A stretch of 24,331 nucleotides of DNA. It comes from a virus. Its lineage: Duplodnaviria > Heunggongvirae > Uroviricota > Caudoviricetes. Below are positions 7,322-19,300 of the stretch, one piece after another; within the stretch, counting starts at the first letter, position 1, and the number at the start of each line of letters is the position of its first letter. Both the position numbers and the translations under genes were made by a program. Below the pieces are notes generated by a model that ran no database searches, had not been told where the DNA came from, and saw only the letters and a list, made by a program, of their open reading frames with translations. The stretch is from positions 1-24,331 of the IMG/VR virus record IMGVR_UViG_3300042946_000144; one strand, written 5' to 3'.

Positions 7322-10300
7322 TTAACATTTTGATTTTATAATTTTACCTAATTCAGTTTGAAGCTTTGAAAGAGTGGTCATCTCAGCTGGACTCAAACCT
7401 TTTGTTTTCTTTTTCTCCTCTAGAGCAGATATCTGTTCTTTGAGAGAAGCTTCATCTTCTGGTAGGTCGAGTTGTTCTTCTGAAACAATCTTACCATCTT
7501 TCTTCTTGAGACTCAAGAACTTATCAACAATTCCTTCATCAGCTGCCTCATTTGGAACTTTCAGGAAGTTGTTATCTATTACAGACTCTTTAGCCACATC
7601 ATAAAACTCATTTGCTCTGAAGCTATCACCCCAAGCATTGATCATCTTGTATACGTAGTTCAAGTAAACAATTCCATCTTTTCCTGGAGATTCGTACACA
7701 AAAGGATTTCCTGTAGAATCATACACCTTTTTAAACAGCCCTTTCTTTATGTATGAATAGTCACCCTTTTCACGCATTTCTTTCTTCTTCTGTTTTGTGA
7801 TGTTGTCTTCCCATCTGTATACAATGATATCATTTTGAGCTTCCCTGGTTCTCATTGAAATGTTCAACAACTGAGGAACATCTCCGTTTTTAATTGATGA
7901 TTGTATAGCCTTAGGGATAGTTTTTATTGGAAGATTGTAATAAAGTTTACCCTTCTTACTTTTTCCCCATCTAGCAATCATATAAGGAACTACATCATCA
8001 TTGTTCCAGTTGTTCCTTTCAAAGATGTTCAGGTTATAAAACTCCTCTAAGTTAGGAATTGTTTCTAATTTAGAAAGGGTTTTATTGTAAATTTCTTTGA
8101 AATCCTCATATGGCAATAACGAAGTAAATGATATTGGGGAGTTTGACACACCACTTTGAAGCACTGAAAGATTCTTTATTCCTTCATATAGAGGAGAGTT
8201 GATTGAATTTAGGTAGTCTCTCAGTTCACGGAATGCATATATCAAGCTGTTTTGGTCGTACACTTTATTATCTCTTCCTTTCACCTTGATGTTGTTCACC
8301 CCATCATCTGATATTTTAGTGGAGAACATTGGAGTTAACACATTGACAATGTGATTGTTCTCCATTGGGTGACCTGGTGTTTCTTTAACCTTTGTAACAA
8401 AGTCAAAGAGTTCTTTAGCCACACCACCGTTATCAATCATCACCTCTCTAACAAGCTTGTTGAATTCCTGGTTTGTTTGAACAGCCCAGTCAAACATGTC
8501 AGATACAGCCTTCTGTGAAACTTTTACAAAGTCTCTATCGCTCAAACCAACGTAAGGCAGTAAAACCTTTTCCATTACGTTTCTAACATTAGGCTTATCT
8601 GAGATCAAGATTGTAGAGAATGCATCTCTAAAGTCTGAAATTCTCTTAGCCAAGTTTCCAAGGAATGAATTCTTCAATATTTCATCTACTGAGGAGATGA
8701 TTGTGTTTTGAGCTTTTAACAACTGCATCAGCTTCTTGAATACCAAGTATGGATCATTGATTGTAGCTGTATCAAAGTTAGACCCCTGTGTTACGTAGAA
8801 CATTTGTTCAGCCAACTTAGCATATTTCAAAAACTCATTCAGGATATACTGCTGTTCAACCCTGCCACTAATATCAAACTTAGTCTTACCAATGTTTTCG
8901 AAAAGCTTTGTCTCTGAAGGAAGTTGATCAATATCAGCAAATCTTGCTTCTGTAATGTCTTCTTCCTCATCTATTGCATATTTTGAATCCTTCTTAATTT
9001 CAGAAACATAAGTTGCATTGAATATGTAAGAATATCCAGAATTCTCCAAGCTACGAAGGTAGTCACGGATGATTGGCTGATTCATAAAATAAGCCACAGT
9101 GTCAATAGGTACACCAAGCTTTGTAAGGAATAAGAATGTTCCAGCAACGTTAGGTGATGCTCCAAGTTCCATAATCCAAGGACCTTTGGATATATCCACA
9201 TATCCATCGATGAACTGACCTATGATATCAGAGATGTATTCATTATTAGCATTCTTGATCATAGAGAGGGTTGGAACCATTTTCCCATTAATCTCAATCT
9301 TGTTATACTTCTCAAACTTTATATCTATATCATTAGGATTCATTGTTCCTTTTGTGAGCCAAAACTTATCATCAGCTGATAGTTTGTCAAACCTTGATAT
9401 ATCGATGTATATAGGCTGTCTTTGATTCAAGGAGTGATTTGTCTGGTTTACAGCAGCAATACCAATTGCATACTTACCTGTTACAAATGCATGTCTCAAT
9501 CTTGACATAAAGTGTCTGTTCAACATGTTTCCTGTAGAGGAATAGTCAAACGAATCAAATCCAAGCTTCTCTGTAATTTTTTCAGAAAGTTCTCTTAACT
9601 GATCTGCAGAGTTTGGCTTGATCAATTGTCCAAAGTTTTCTTTACTTGATACAAGGTTTTCTCCAGATTCAACATAGGCATTTTGCAATGACTTCTTATA
9701 CATCTTTTCAAAAATCCTATCTCTAACTTCCTTTCTTGTGGACTTTGCCATGTATTTTATGAAGTCATCTGTAATCTCTTGTTCAGAGAATGCATCTTTG
9801 AAAATGTTAACCATTAGCTTTCCTGATGGAGATTCTTTTGACATATCCTGAAGAGCAAGTCTTTCTTCTTCTAGGATTCTGTCAAGCTCCTTCAGTTTCT
9901 CAGGTTTAATGAATTCCCCAGCATCAAACATTTCGTCAAACTTCTTTCTAGCTTCTGTTCTGTTTATTCCAAAGAATGGAACAGCTTTTAGCTCACCTTT
10001 AGAATTTGTAAATACATTCTTCAGGTAGATTGACAATTTATCAATATCAAAATCCGATCCAACCTTCTTAACCATTCCAGAAGGAATGATTACGTTATCT
10101 CCAAACTCTCTAGGAAGGAACTTTTTAATTACAAATGCATCAATTGAGTTTTGTTTCTGTGTAGGAATACGGAATGCAAGACCTCCCATGATTTTCTTAC
10201 CCTCTTCAGTGAGAACCTTTTCACCATCTTTCTCCTCATACATTCTTTCAAGAATCTCTTCATCTGACAAATCACTCTCAAACCATCTACCCACCATGAT

Positions 10301-13300
10301 TTCACATACACGTTTACCGTCTTTATCCTCATAGAACTTCAAAACATCTGATGTATATGCAGTCTTTCCATTTACAGTTTTCTTTTGGGCACGTACTGAT
10401 TCAAGCATTGTAGAAGGTAGCTGAACCTTAAATCCACCCACCATCTTTTGAGAAATAACTTCTCTATCAGCAATTGAATACAGGATGTTTCTTACAATCT
10501 GGTAAGCTGGAGTTGCTTCAATAATCACTTCTCCATTTAAGAATCCTGATAATGAATCAATTATGTTATCATTAACTTCTCTTTTTAAGATCTCTTCTCT
10601 CAGGGTTTCGCTAACCTTTGCTCTGTTTTCTTCAGGAATTGAGAACTCTCCATCCTTTTCTACAATACCCAGATCATTCAAAAGGTTTCTATATCCCTCA
10701 TCTGTAAGAGCCTTCAGAAGATTTTCATTGTTCTTTATCTCTTTATATAATGGAGATCTTTCTTCTTTTTGTTCTTCACTTAAAGTGATCCACTCTTTAT
10801 ATCTCTTTGCTGTGAACTTCTTACTTTTTTTAGAATCCGCAAAATCAACAGGAACTCCTGATTCCATAAAGTCCATTGTAATCAGCTTAGTCACTTGAGA
10901 ACCTCTTGTCAACTCATCATCCTTAGAGGGAACCTCTGACTGAACACTGATGATAGAGAATGGAATGTTTACAGTTCCTTTGAAAGGAGCTTCATTGAAT
11001 GTGTTGTCCTCATTATAAACAGCATTAGTTTCTGTTGTTCCAACCTTTCTACCACTCTTGAACACAATATAATCTACACCATCTCTTTGCATTTTGTTGT
11101 AAAGCTTCACTGAATTAGATTCAGGATCTAGCTCCATCATAACACGATATGACAGTGGATAGAATGCAAACTTATCCAACACTATATCATTCCATGGATT
11201 ACCATCGTTCTTGTTTCCAGATACGATAGGTTTTTCTGTGGTGTATGCACTTCTAACCATTGGGTTGCCCTGCTTAAGAAGTTCTATTTCTTCTGGGCTT
11301 AACTTAAGCTTCTTATGGTTTTTCTCCCAAGCAATATCATATCTGTATTGTCTTTCCTCATCAGAATTCCATCTACTAGCACGGATTCTGAAATTACGAT
11401 AGGATTTAAAATTGATTATACCAGAACCATCAGTCTCCTCATAGGCATCTTTATACAAATCTTGGTGTCCTGCTATTTCAACTAAAGCCTGAACATCTTC
11501 CATTGTTGCAGAAACAAACTGATCAGTAGTCATGTCTGTATACCCAATATCTCCAGGTTTATATCCCTTGTTCCAAACTTTATTCAAAACTCCATTTATC
11601 TCAGGAGAGTTAGAAAGAATTGCCTGACGAGGTGAGTTGAAGTTCTTGATACGCTTCAGCTCATCTGAATACTGATAAGGATCAGAATATAGAAGTTTGT
11701 GCATTTCTATATTGCTAATCATATAATTGATACTAAGAGCTTCCAAGTTTCTATCCAGGAAGATTTCATCCATTCCTGTTTTAGAATCTTCAAGGTTCAG
11801 ATTATCAGCAATAAATCCATCTTCTGTTAAAGATATTATATTGTAAGACTGTAGAACACCTTTGAAGTTCTTTGTTTCTTTCTGAACATAGTTTTTAATA
11901 GCAGCGTTTATCTTTGATTCAAACTTCTCATAAACACTTTCGATAGATCCTTCTGCTTTAACAATCTCATCATGCAGTTCTTTTCCAAGGATGTTTTTAA
12001 AGAATCTCATATCAGAAGATTCTCTCTGCTTAATGCCAGCTTTCTTCTGCTTATCTGTAAGTTTGAGCTTTACAATGTTTCTTCCTTCTCTAGAAAGTTC
12101 TAGCTCAGACATGAAATATCCTTTGAATATCTCGTTAACCAAGGATAGGCCATATCTCAAATCATTTACAGAAACAGCATTTCCCATGTAAAGCATGTGC
12201 TCCATAGACGCATCTCCAGGGACAAGGTTAAGATAGTATCCAGCAAGATTCAAGTTTATCTCCTGAATAAGTCTGTCTCTATAGTTTAGCTTTGAAGATT
12301 CTTTTCTCTTTCCTCTACTTTCATCCACTGTACCATCTACATATCCAGGTTTGAAAAGTTCTTCAGATCCTTTTATACGATCACCATTCTTAAGGAACAT
12401 TCTTTGAAGAATGTTAGAACCTTTTGTGAAAGAGTCTGTAAAAAGATATTCATATTTTGTTCCTTCAACAGCTTCCTTTGTAAACTCTGGAAGTTGTGAA
12501 AGGAAATCAAAAAGCTCACTCACTGCGTTTGTTCCTATGTAAGATTGAACACGTTCACCGTTTACATTAAAGAATGTACTTTCAAATTCAGGATTTTGAA
12601 TAGCTGCCTGAACAATACCAAGATCAAGTAATCTACCATCCATTTTGAGAACCTTTCCAGATATGGAAACTATCTCATCTGCATCCTTGATACTCTTGTA
12701 TATACCACCAACAGCATCTTTGAACCTTTCAATTTGATTATTGGGGAGTCTTAATATGTCAGCTTTGTTAAATTCAATTCCAAAATGTTTCAAGAACTCC
12801 ACCATTTCTGGAATTGTTCCAATCTTATCTTTCTTCAGAGAATCAGGAACACCTACATATTTCTTACCATCCGCAGACTTTTTGAAATATTTTGTTCCAC
12901 CTTTAATCTTTGCAACCAGATTTTCTCTAAATTCAGACTGAAGTTGTCTAGCAGCTGTTGAAAGATTTGAATCACCAACAACAACATCACCATTTTCAAG
13001 AACAAACACATTCTTTACAGAAGGGTTTTGTTTCTTAAATGTCTTCCAGAAAGCACTAATGAGATTCAAACCATTCTCGTTCTCAACCTTCTTAAGATCT
13101 AATCCAGGAGTTTCCCAACTAGACTTTGTAAGACGTGTGTACAAGTCTCTATAGTTAGGATCATTTTCAGCCATCTTTCTGATCTTCTCCAACATTTGTT
13201 CAACTCCTTGAGAGTTGTGGATATTGTTCATCAAGCTGATGTAAACCTTGCTCATAGGAAGAAGAACATATCCACCTATAGATGATTTTACAGGAACAGC

Positions 13301-16300
13301 TTTTCCTTCCTCATTTATCTTTTTCACACGCATTGTTGCAAGAAGAATCTTTACAGCAGGGCTAGCTTTTCTAAAACTATCTATCTTATTAGCTTCTCCC
13401 CATCCAGATTCTTTTGCTCTCTCATCACTCTTGATGGTTGCCTCATCATTTTCATCAAACTCAATAGAATACACTTTCAGATATTCTTCGTGTTTCTTAA
13501 CAATCTCATCCCACTGAGAGGTGACATTCTTCCAGAGAGCCACTTGTCTATCTATTGATGGTTTAACTTGTTCTCTTGTATATTTACCATCAACAATAGA
13601 TTTTTCAAAAGCTGCTCTGTTCTTAGCAAAGATTGTTTGAACATCTTCTTTCAATCTTGCATAAACTTCTTCTCTCTTGAGCTTTTCATTTATTCTAAAC
13701 AGGTCATCATCGTTCTTAATCATGTCAGTGAGCATCTTGTATGTCATGTGCTCAATGATTTCATGTCTCTGTTTACCAGATATTCCAATTAAGCTAAATT
13801 CACTATCTCCATCAGCATATGCTTCATTTATGTCAATTATTCCTTTTTTAGCATACGACAGATTTACGTGATAAGGGAAGTGGTTTTTGTAATAGCCATT
13901 TCCTATATTAGAGAAAAGCTTCTCTGTATTACTCAATGCTTTCTTTCCTGTAAAGAACTCTTGTATGAAGTTCTTCAGATCATAGAACAACTTGAGAATG
14001 AACGGTCTTCCACTGTTTGGTTTAGGTGGAACCTTTCCTTCTTGTACATAATCTCTGAATTCCTCAGCTAATTGTTCTTTAGCATCTTGATAGTTAGCAT
14101 CCTTATATGCAATTGTCTTACCTGTAACTCTATCTACAAAAGAACCTTTTCTGCTTCTGAATTCTTTAAGCACTGCATTTTGTTCATTTTCATCTGTGAA
14201 CATCTTCCAAACAGCCTCAAAGATTTCATGATATGCTGTACCAACTTCTGCATTCTCATAGATGTAAATAGCTCCATCCTTGAACATACCCCAAGCTTGT
14301 CTACCGTTTGTAGCCTGTATAACATTCTTCACTCTATAGACAGGAACATTTGGGAAGTTCTTTTTCAAGAATTCCTCAACCTTACTCCAATTCTCAGGTT
14401 GGAACTTTTCTATCTCATTCTCAATCAATAGGCGATATTGTTCCTCATCTTCGTCTGTAGAGGAAGCACTTGCTTGTCTAATCATCTCAGCTTCTTCCTC
14501 AGGAGTGAGTGATGCTGTAGATGCATCTGATACAGTGGTTGTAGAAGTAGGTTTAGCCCCACCTTCTAAAGTAGTTAGTTTAAATACTTTATTTTCAAAA
14601 TCTTTTCTATCAAATGTTTCTGTAAACTTCTCACCATCAGGATAAGTTACTTCAACTTCTACAGTATTATCTGTAGCACTTAAAACTTTAACTTTAGTTC
14701 CTTCATAAGATTCTTTTGAAGCAGCTCCATAATCAATGAGAGGTGTAGATATTTCTCCTGAAGGACTATCTATTGCTACTTCTTTATTTTCTAATACATA
14801 CTCAACTCCAATAACTTTAGCATCTGTAGGAGCAGCTGGTTGTGCAGGGGCTGGTGTAGGTTCTTCTTTCTTGTTTATTTTATTCTGAATCTCCTGAAGT
14901 TGAGGAGTGAGCTTCACTATTACGTATTTAGCAATGTTTGCTCTAGCCTCATCTTCTGATATGTTTTTTGCTTTTGCAAGTGCTGCTACAGTTTCCCCTG
15001 TGAAAGTAGGAGTGAAACCTTTAGCACCACCTGTAGTTACAAATTCTTCACCGTTTATAGAAAACTCTACAGATCCATAATCTGTTCCTTTAGAGTCAAC
15101 GATGTTCATTTTGTTTTTAGAAGATCCGCTTAAATCAAACTTATCTCCTGATGGAGTGGGGGTTGGTGTAGCTGTTTGAGCCTTAGGAGCACCTGGTGTA
15201 ACTACAGCTGATGTAGCAGCTTTCTTAGGAGCAGTGATTACAAACTCATCAGCATTGTCTGTTGTATAGAAATAAACACCTTCTCTGTTCACATCATCTT
15301 CACTTGTCAAAGGTCTCATGATTGTAGACAGAGGGAGTTCTTCCGCTTTTCTTCCCTTTTGAGAAAGCAGATATGTCTGATAGTTTGGCCAATAAGGCTT
15401 ACCATCAACTGTTCTTGTAATTGGAGAACCATCTTCTGCAAATCCTACAATCTCATAGTATGGTTTGTTCCAATAGTCCTTACCTGTAGCAAGTGTGGAG
15501 TTAACATTATTGTACATGTTCTCCAAGATCATGAGGATTTGATCTTTGTTATCCCTGATAGACGAAGGTGTGAATGGAAAATCTTTTCCTTTTCCAGACA
15601 TGTTCAACATCCATCTTTGAGAATTCTCATCAAAATCAAACCAAATACTGTTATATCCAGGTCTCTCTTTAGGAGTGCCCCAGTATATAATAGACTTCAA
15701 CCAACTAACTAGAAGTTTAGATTCTTCAGATTTAAGCCCTTTCTCAGGATCAACCATGTTTTTAGAAAGCTTATAGATAGCTTCATACACTGTACTAGCC
15801 TCATTCTTTGTAAGCTTTCTGTTCTTAAGTTTAACCAATCCAATACCAGGGATTCTTAAGAACACCCTTCCTAATGGAGTTTTGAATGAAACTGTTCCTT
15901 CAGAAGCAGTGTCATTTGTTGTTGGTATTTTCAGAACTGGATCTCTCTCAAGTTGGTCTTCTGTTACAAGACCTGCATCAACTACAGAAGTTGTAGCATC
16001 AAAGTTGGTCTTTGTATTACCTTCAGAATCAGTGAGTTTTACGTTTTGAGCAATTCCAAAAGAAGCATCCACTTTATGGAGTTCAAGAGTTGATTTTGCT
16101 AAGGTTGCTTTTCTCCAAGCAGCATATTGTTCCTTCACTTGATTCACCACTTCTGCAGGAGTATCTTTTCTAAACATACTCTCAGCCTTACCACTCTTTG
16201 ACCACTTAGCATCCCACTCAAGTTTCTCTGTAGGATATGTTTGGTAGATGGCACTATCTAGCTTATTATCTCCAGCCTTAAGAGGTTCACCATTTGTATC

Positions 16301-19300
16301 AACAAGTTCAAATGACCCATCGTCATTCAGAGAAACCATTACAAGAGCTATCACTTGATCTCTTGGAATAGACTCATCTATTACACCTTCCTCATTTTTT
16401 CTAAGATGGTCTATTAATCCAGGGATAAGTTGATCCTCGTTACTAGCTGTAATATATACACCACGGATCTTGTTTCTTAAAGACTCTTTTAGTTTTGGAA
16501 GATTTACACCAAACTTATTAGCTCTATCGTGATGAGGTTTTCCTTGGGAAGCAGCGGTTGCTCTTGGGAGAATAGATGTTTCTTTCTTACTCTCTGGTTC
16601 GTATGTTTTGCTAAACTCTTGTGTCTGAACACCTTTGTATTCAGTTCCAAGAATCTCGCTCATGATTTCTTTAGTCTTTAACAAGAGTCTCTCTTGTTCT
16701 TTCTGCTCTTCGTATTTCTTAACAGTTTCTTCAAACGCATCAAGAATAACACTCTTAGCTTTTAACTCCTTCTCATATTCTGACAGCTGACCTTGAATAG
16801 TTTCCAAACTTTCTCTAAGCTCTGATACAGTACGCTCATTAGGAACAATGTCAAGATCTTCCACTTGAGCAACAATATCTTCAACTGTTGCAAGGTCTTC
16901 TTTGAAATTAGGATTGAGTTTTAAGAAGTTAGGATTGGCTTTCAAGAAATCAACCCACTCTTGTCCCATGATTGTTGGAACATTTGGATAGGTAGATTCA
17001 AACTTCTTGATCAAATCTCTAACCAAATCAAGAGCCTTCTCAAGAGCACTCTCTGTGTTATCTATTATCTTAGAAAGAGCATTGATGTTTTCTCCTGTAG
17101 AAAGAATCAATGATTCTAATGAACTAACTTGTTCTTTAATCTCATTCAAGAATTCTCTACTGTCTGTAGGGAGCTCATCGATGTTCTGAGCAAGATCCAT
17201 TAAATATGACTGCGTAAACTCTATCTCATCTCTCTGAGCTTCAAGTTCTTGTATCTCAAGACGCAATTGTTCTTGCATTCTTGACAATCTGTTTGCAGCT
17301 TTAATAGCATTTGCTGTTACCTTCTTGAAGTTACTTTTCTTTGTAACCTCTCCAGCTTTGATTTTATTCTCAATAGCAACAAGCTCGTTTGTAATTCTTT
17401 CAAACTCTGTATACTTCTGCTGAATAAGTCTTGATGTTTTGTCAAACTTTTCAGTGAGATTGTTAAACAGATTGTTGATTATTTCAAGACGAGCACCTCT
17501 CTTCTTATTTATATCTTGAGTTGTCTTACCAGACTCTTCTCTATTCTGTATATCTGCCTGGTCTGCTGCAGTGAGAGTTCTACCAAAAGAGAAAATCCCT
17601 TCATCAAAACCTTCTTTAGGTTTGAATGAATCAAGTGACACTTGTACACTTTGAATCTTACCCTTGCTATCTTTGTATGTAAAATACAGGTCATCGTTCT
17701 CACTATCGTATGTAAGTCTTCCTGCAACCTTACCTTTCTTAGCTTTTCCAGTGTTCCAGTATACAACGTTGTTTATATTTCTAAGATAGAAATTAGCGTT
17801 CTCGTTTGTTTCAACAGAGCTAACCTTACCAAGCTTATAGCTAGCAAGAACTTCTTTCGACACATCTCTAATCTTACCAGAGCTATCCTTTATCTTAATT
17901 GTACCATCTGAGTTCTCACCAATGATTGTTAGTCTTGGGAACTTATAAACTTCATTACCGTCCTTATCATATTCAACAACACTTCCTAAGAAATACTCAA
18001 CACCAGTTTCATAATCCTTAACACCATCTCTGGTTTTAATTTTAACTGTAGGAGTGATTTCTTTATCTGGAAGTACTTCTGCTTGCTCCTCCTTATACTT
18101 CTCTGGAGATTTCATTATATCATTAAGCTCTTGTAAAATAGTTTTTCTACGAAGAGACATATCTAAATAATCAGAAAAATCTTCCTTCATCTGATCCTTT
18201 ACAGCATCTGCAACATCTAGGCTGTTTATACTAGAAACAGCTTTTGAAATAGCTGAAACTACAGCTTCTTCCTTAACTGCTGTTTCTAAATCACCTGCTT
18301 CCCAACTAGCTGACTGTCTTAAAACTTCATTTATGGACATATTGTCTATTCCAGTTGCAGAAATATCACCACCTAGTTCCATCAAACGTTTGTCATAGTC
18401 ATTGATTTTAGAAGATGCATAAACCATCTTATCAATAACTTCATCTGAATATATTCTATTACCTTCTGCATCCAGTCTTCCTCCATAGCGAATGTTGGCA
18501 GATTCATACAATGAGCTAACTTCTCCTACATGATTTTCAAACTCATTTAGTTTTTTCAGGTAGTCTTCTCTTGATAGATTGGTTGGAGCACCACCGTTTG
18601 CTTGAAGATTTTTATATCCATCTTCGGTAGAAGCTTGTTTTCTACGTTCATTTATATCATCATATATCATTTCAGCTCTACCATACTTCACTCTAGTAGA
18701 GATGTAATTGTAAGATTGATCGTGCTTATTATCTAAAAATCCAGATTTATTTCCTTCTCTTACAAACTGTTCACTTTCTTCTTGAAGTTTTATACCTCTT
18801 TGTAAAGAGTTTGTTCTTTCTATGAAAGCTTTTGTAAAAGTGTTATCAGGAGTGTTCAGTTCTGCAAGAAACTGTTTTGTATTTTTATCTCTTAGTTTAT
18901 TTTCTCCATACTTACCTTTTGCTTGCATCAATCCTCCAGAGAGTCCTCCAAGAAGTATACTCTCACCACCTTCCTTGGAAGTGATAGATTCTTTGAAAGC
19001 AGTTGCTGCTGAAGACCCAGCATTTGCAAATGCATCTAAAAGATCATCTGTTTCGTTTCCTTCATATGCTTTATTGTAGTAGTCCTGAACTCCTACATCA
19101 ATTGATGTTTGAAGAAATTCTTGTGCAGATTCTTTTGGATCAAATATGTAAGATTTTACAAATCTGCTAGCTTTTGATAATCTTGATGTAGGCTTTGCTA
19201 CAAATTTACCACCTTCAAGCATAACATCATCTGTAGACTTGAAAGCATTAGCAACAGCTTTGTTTGGTTTATAGGAGCTACCTAAAAGATAAGGAAGTTG

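Noticed and set aside
13745-13775. RHEIIEH as a further zincin motif
   Set aside because: Spacing is HExxEH, not HExxH, and the preceding beta-strand context and third ligand are missing.
16904-16937. Two-copy 7-aa repeat ANPNFLK / LNPNFKE
   Set aside because: Only two short imperfect copies; no functional inference is supportable.
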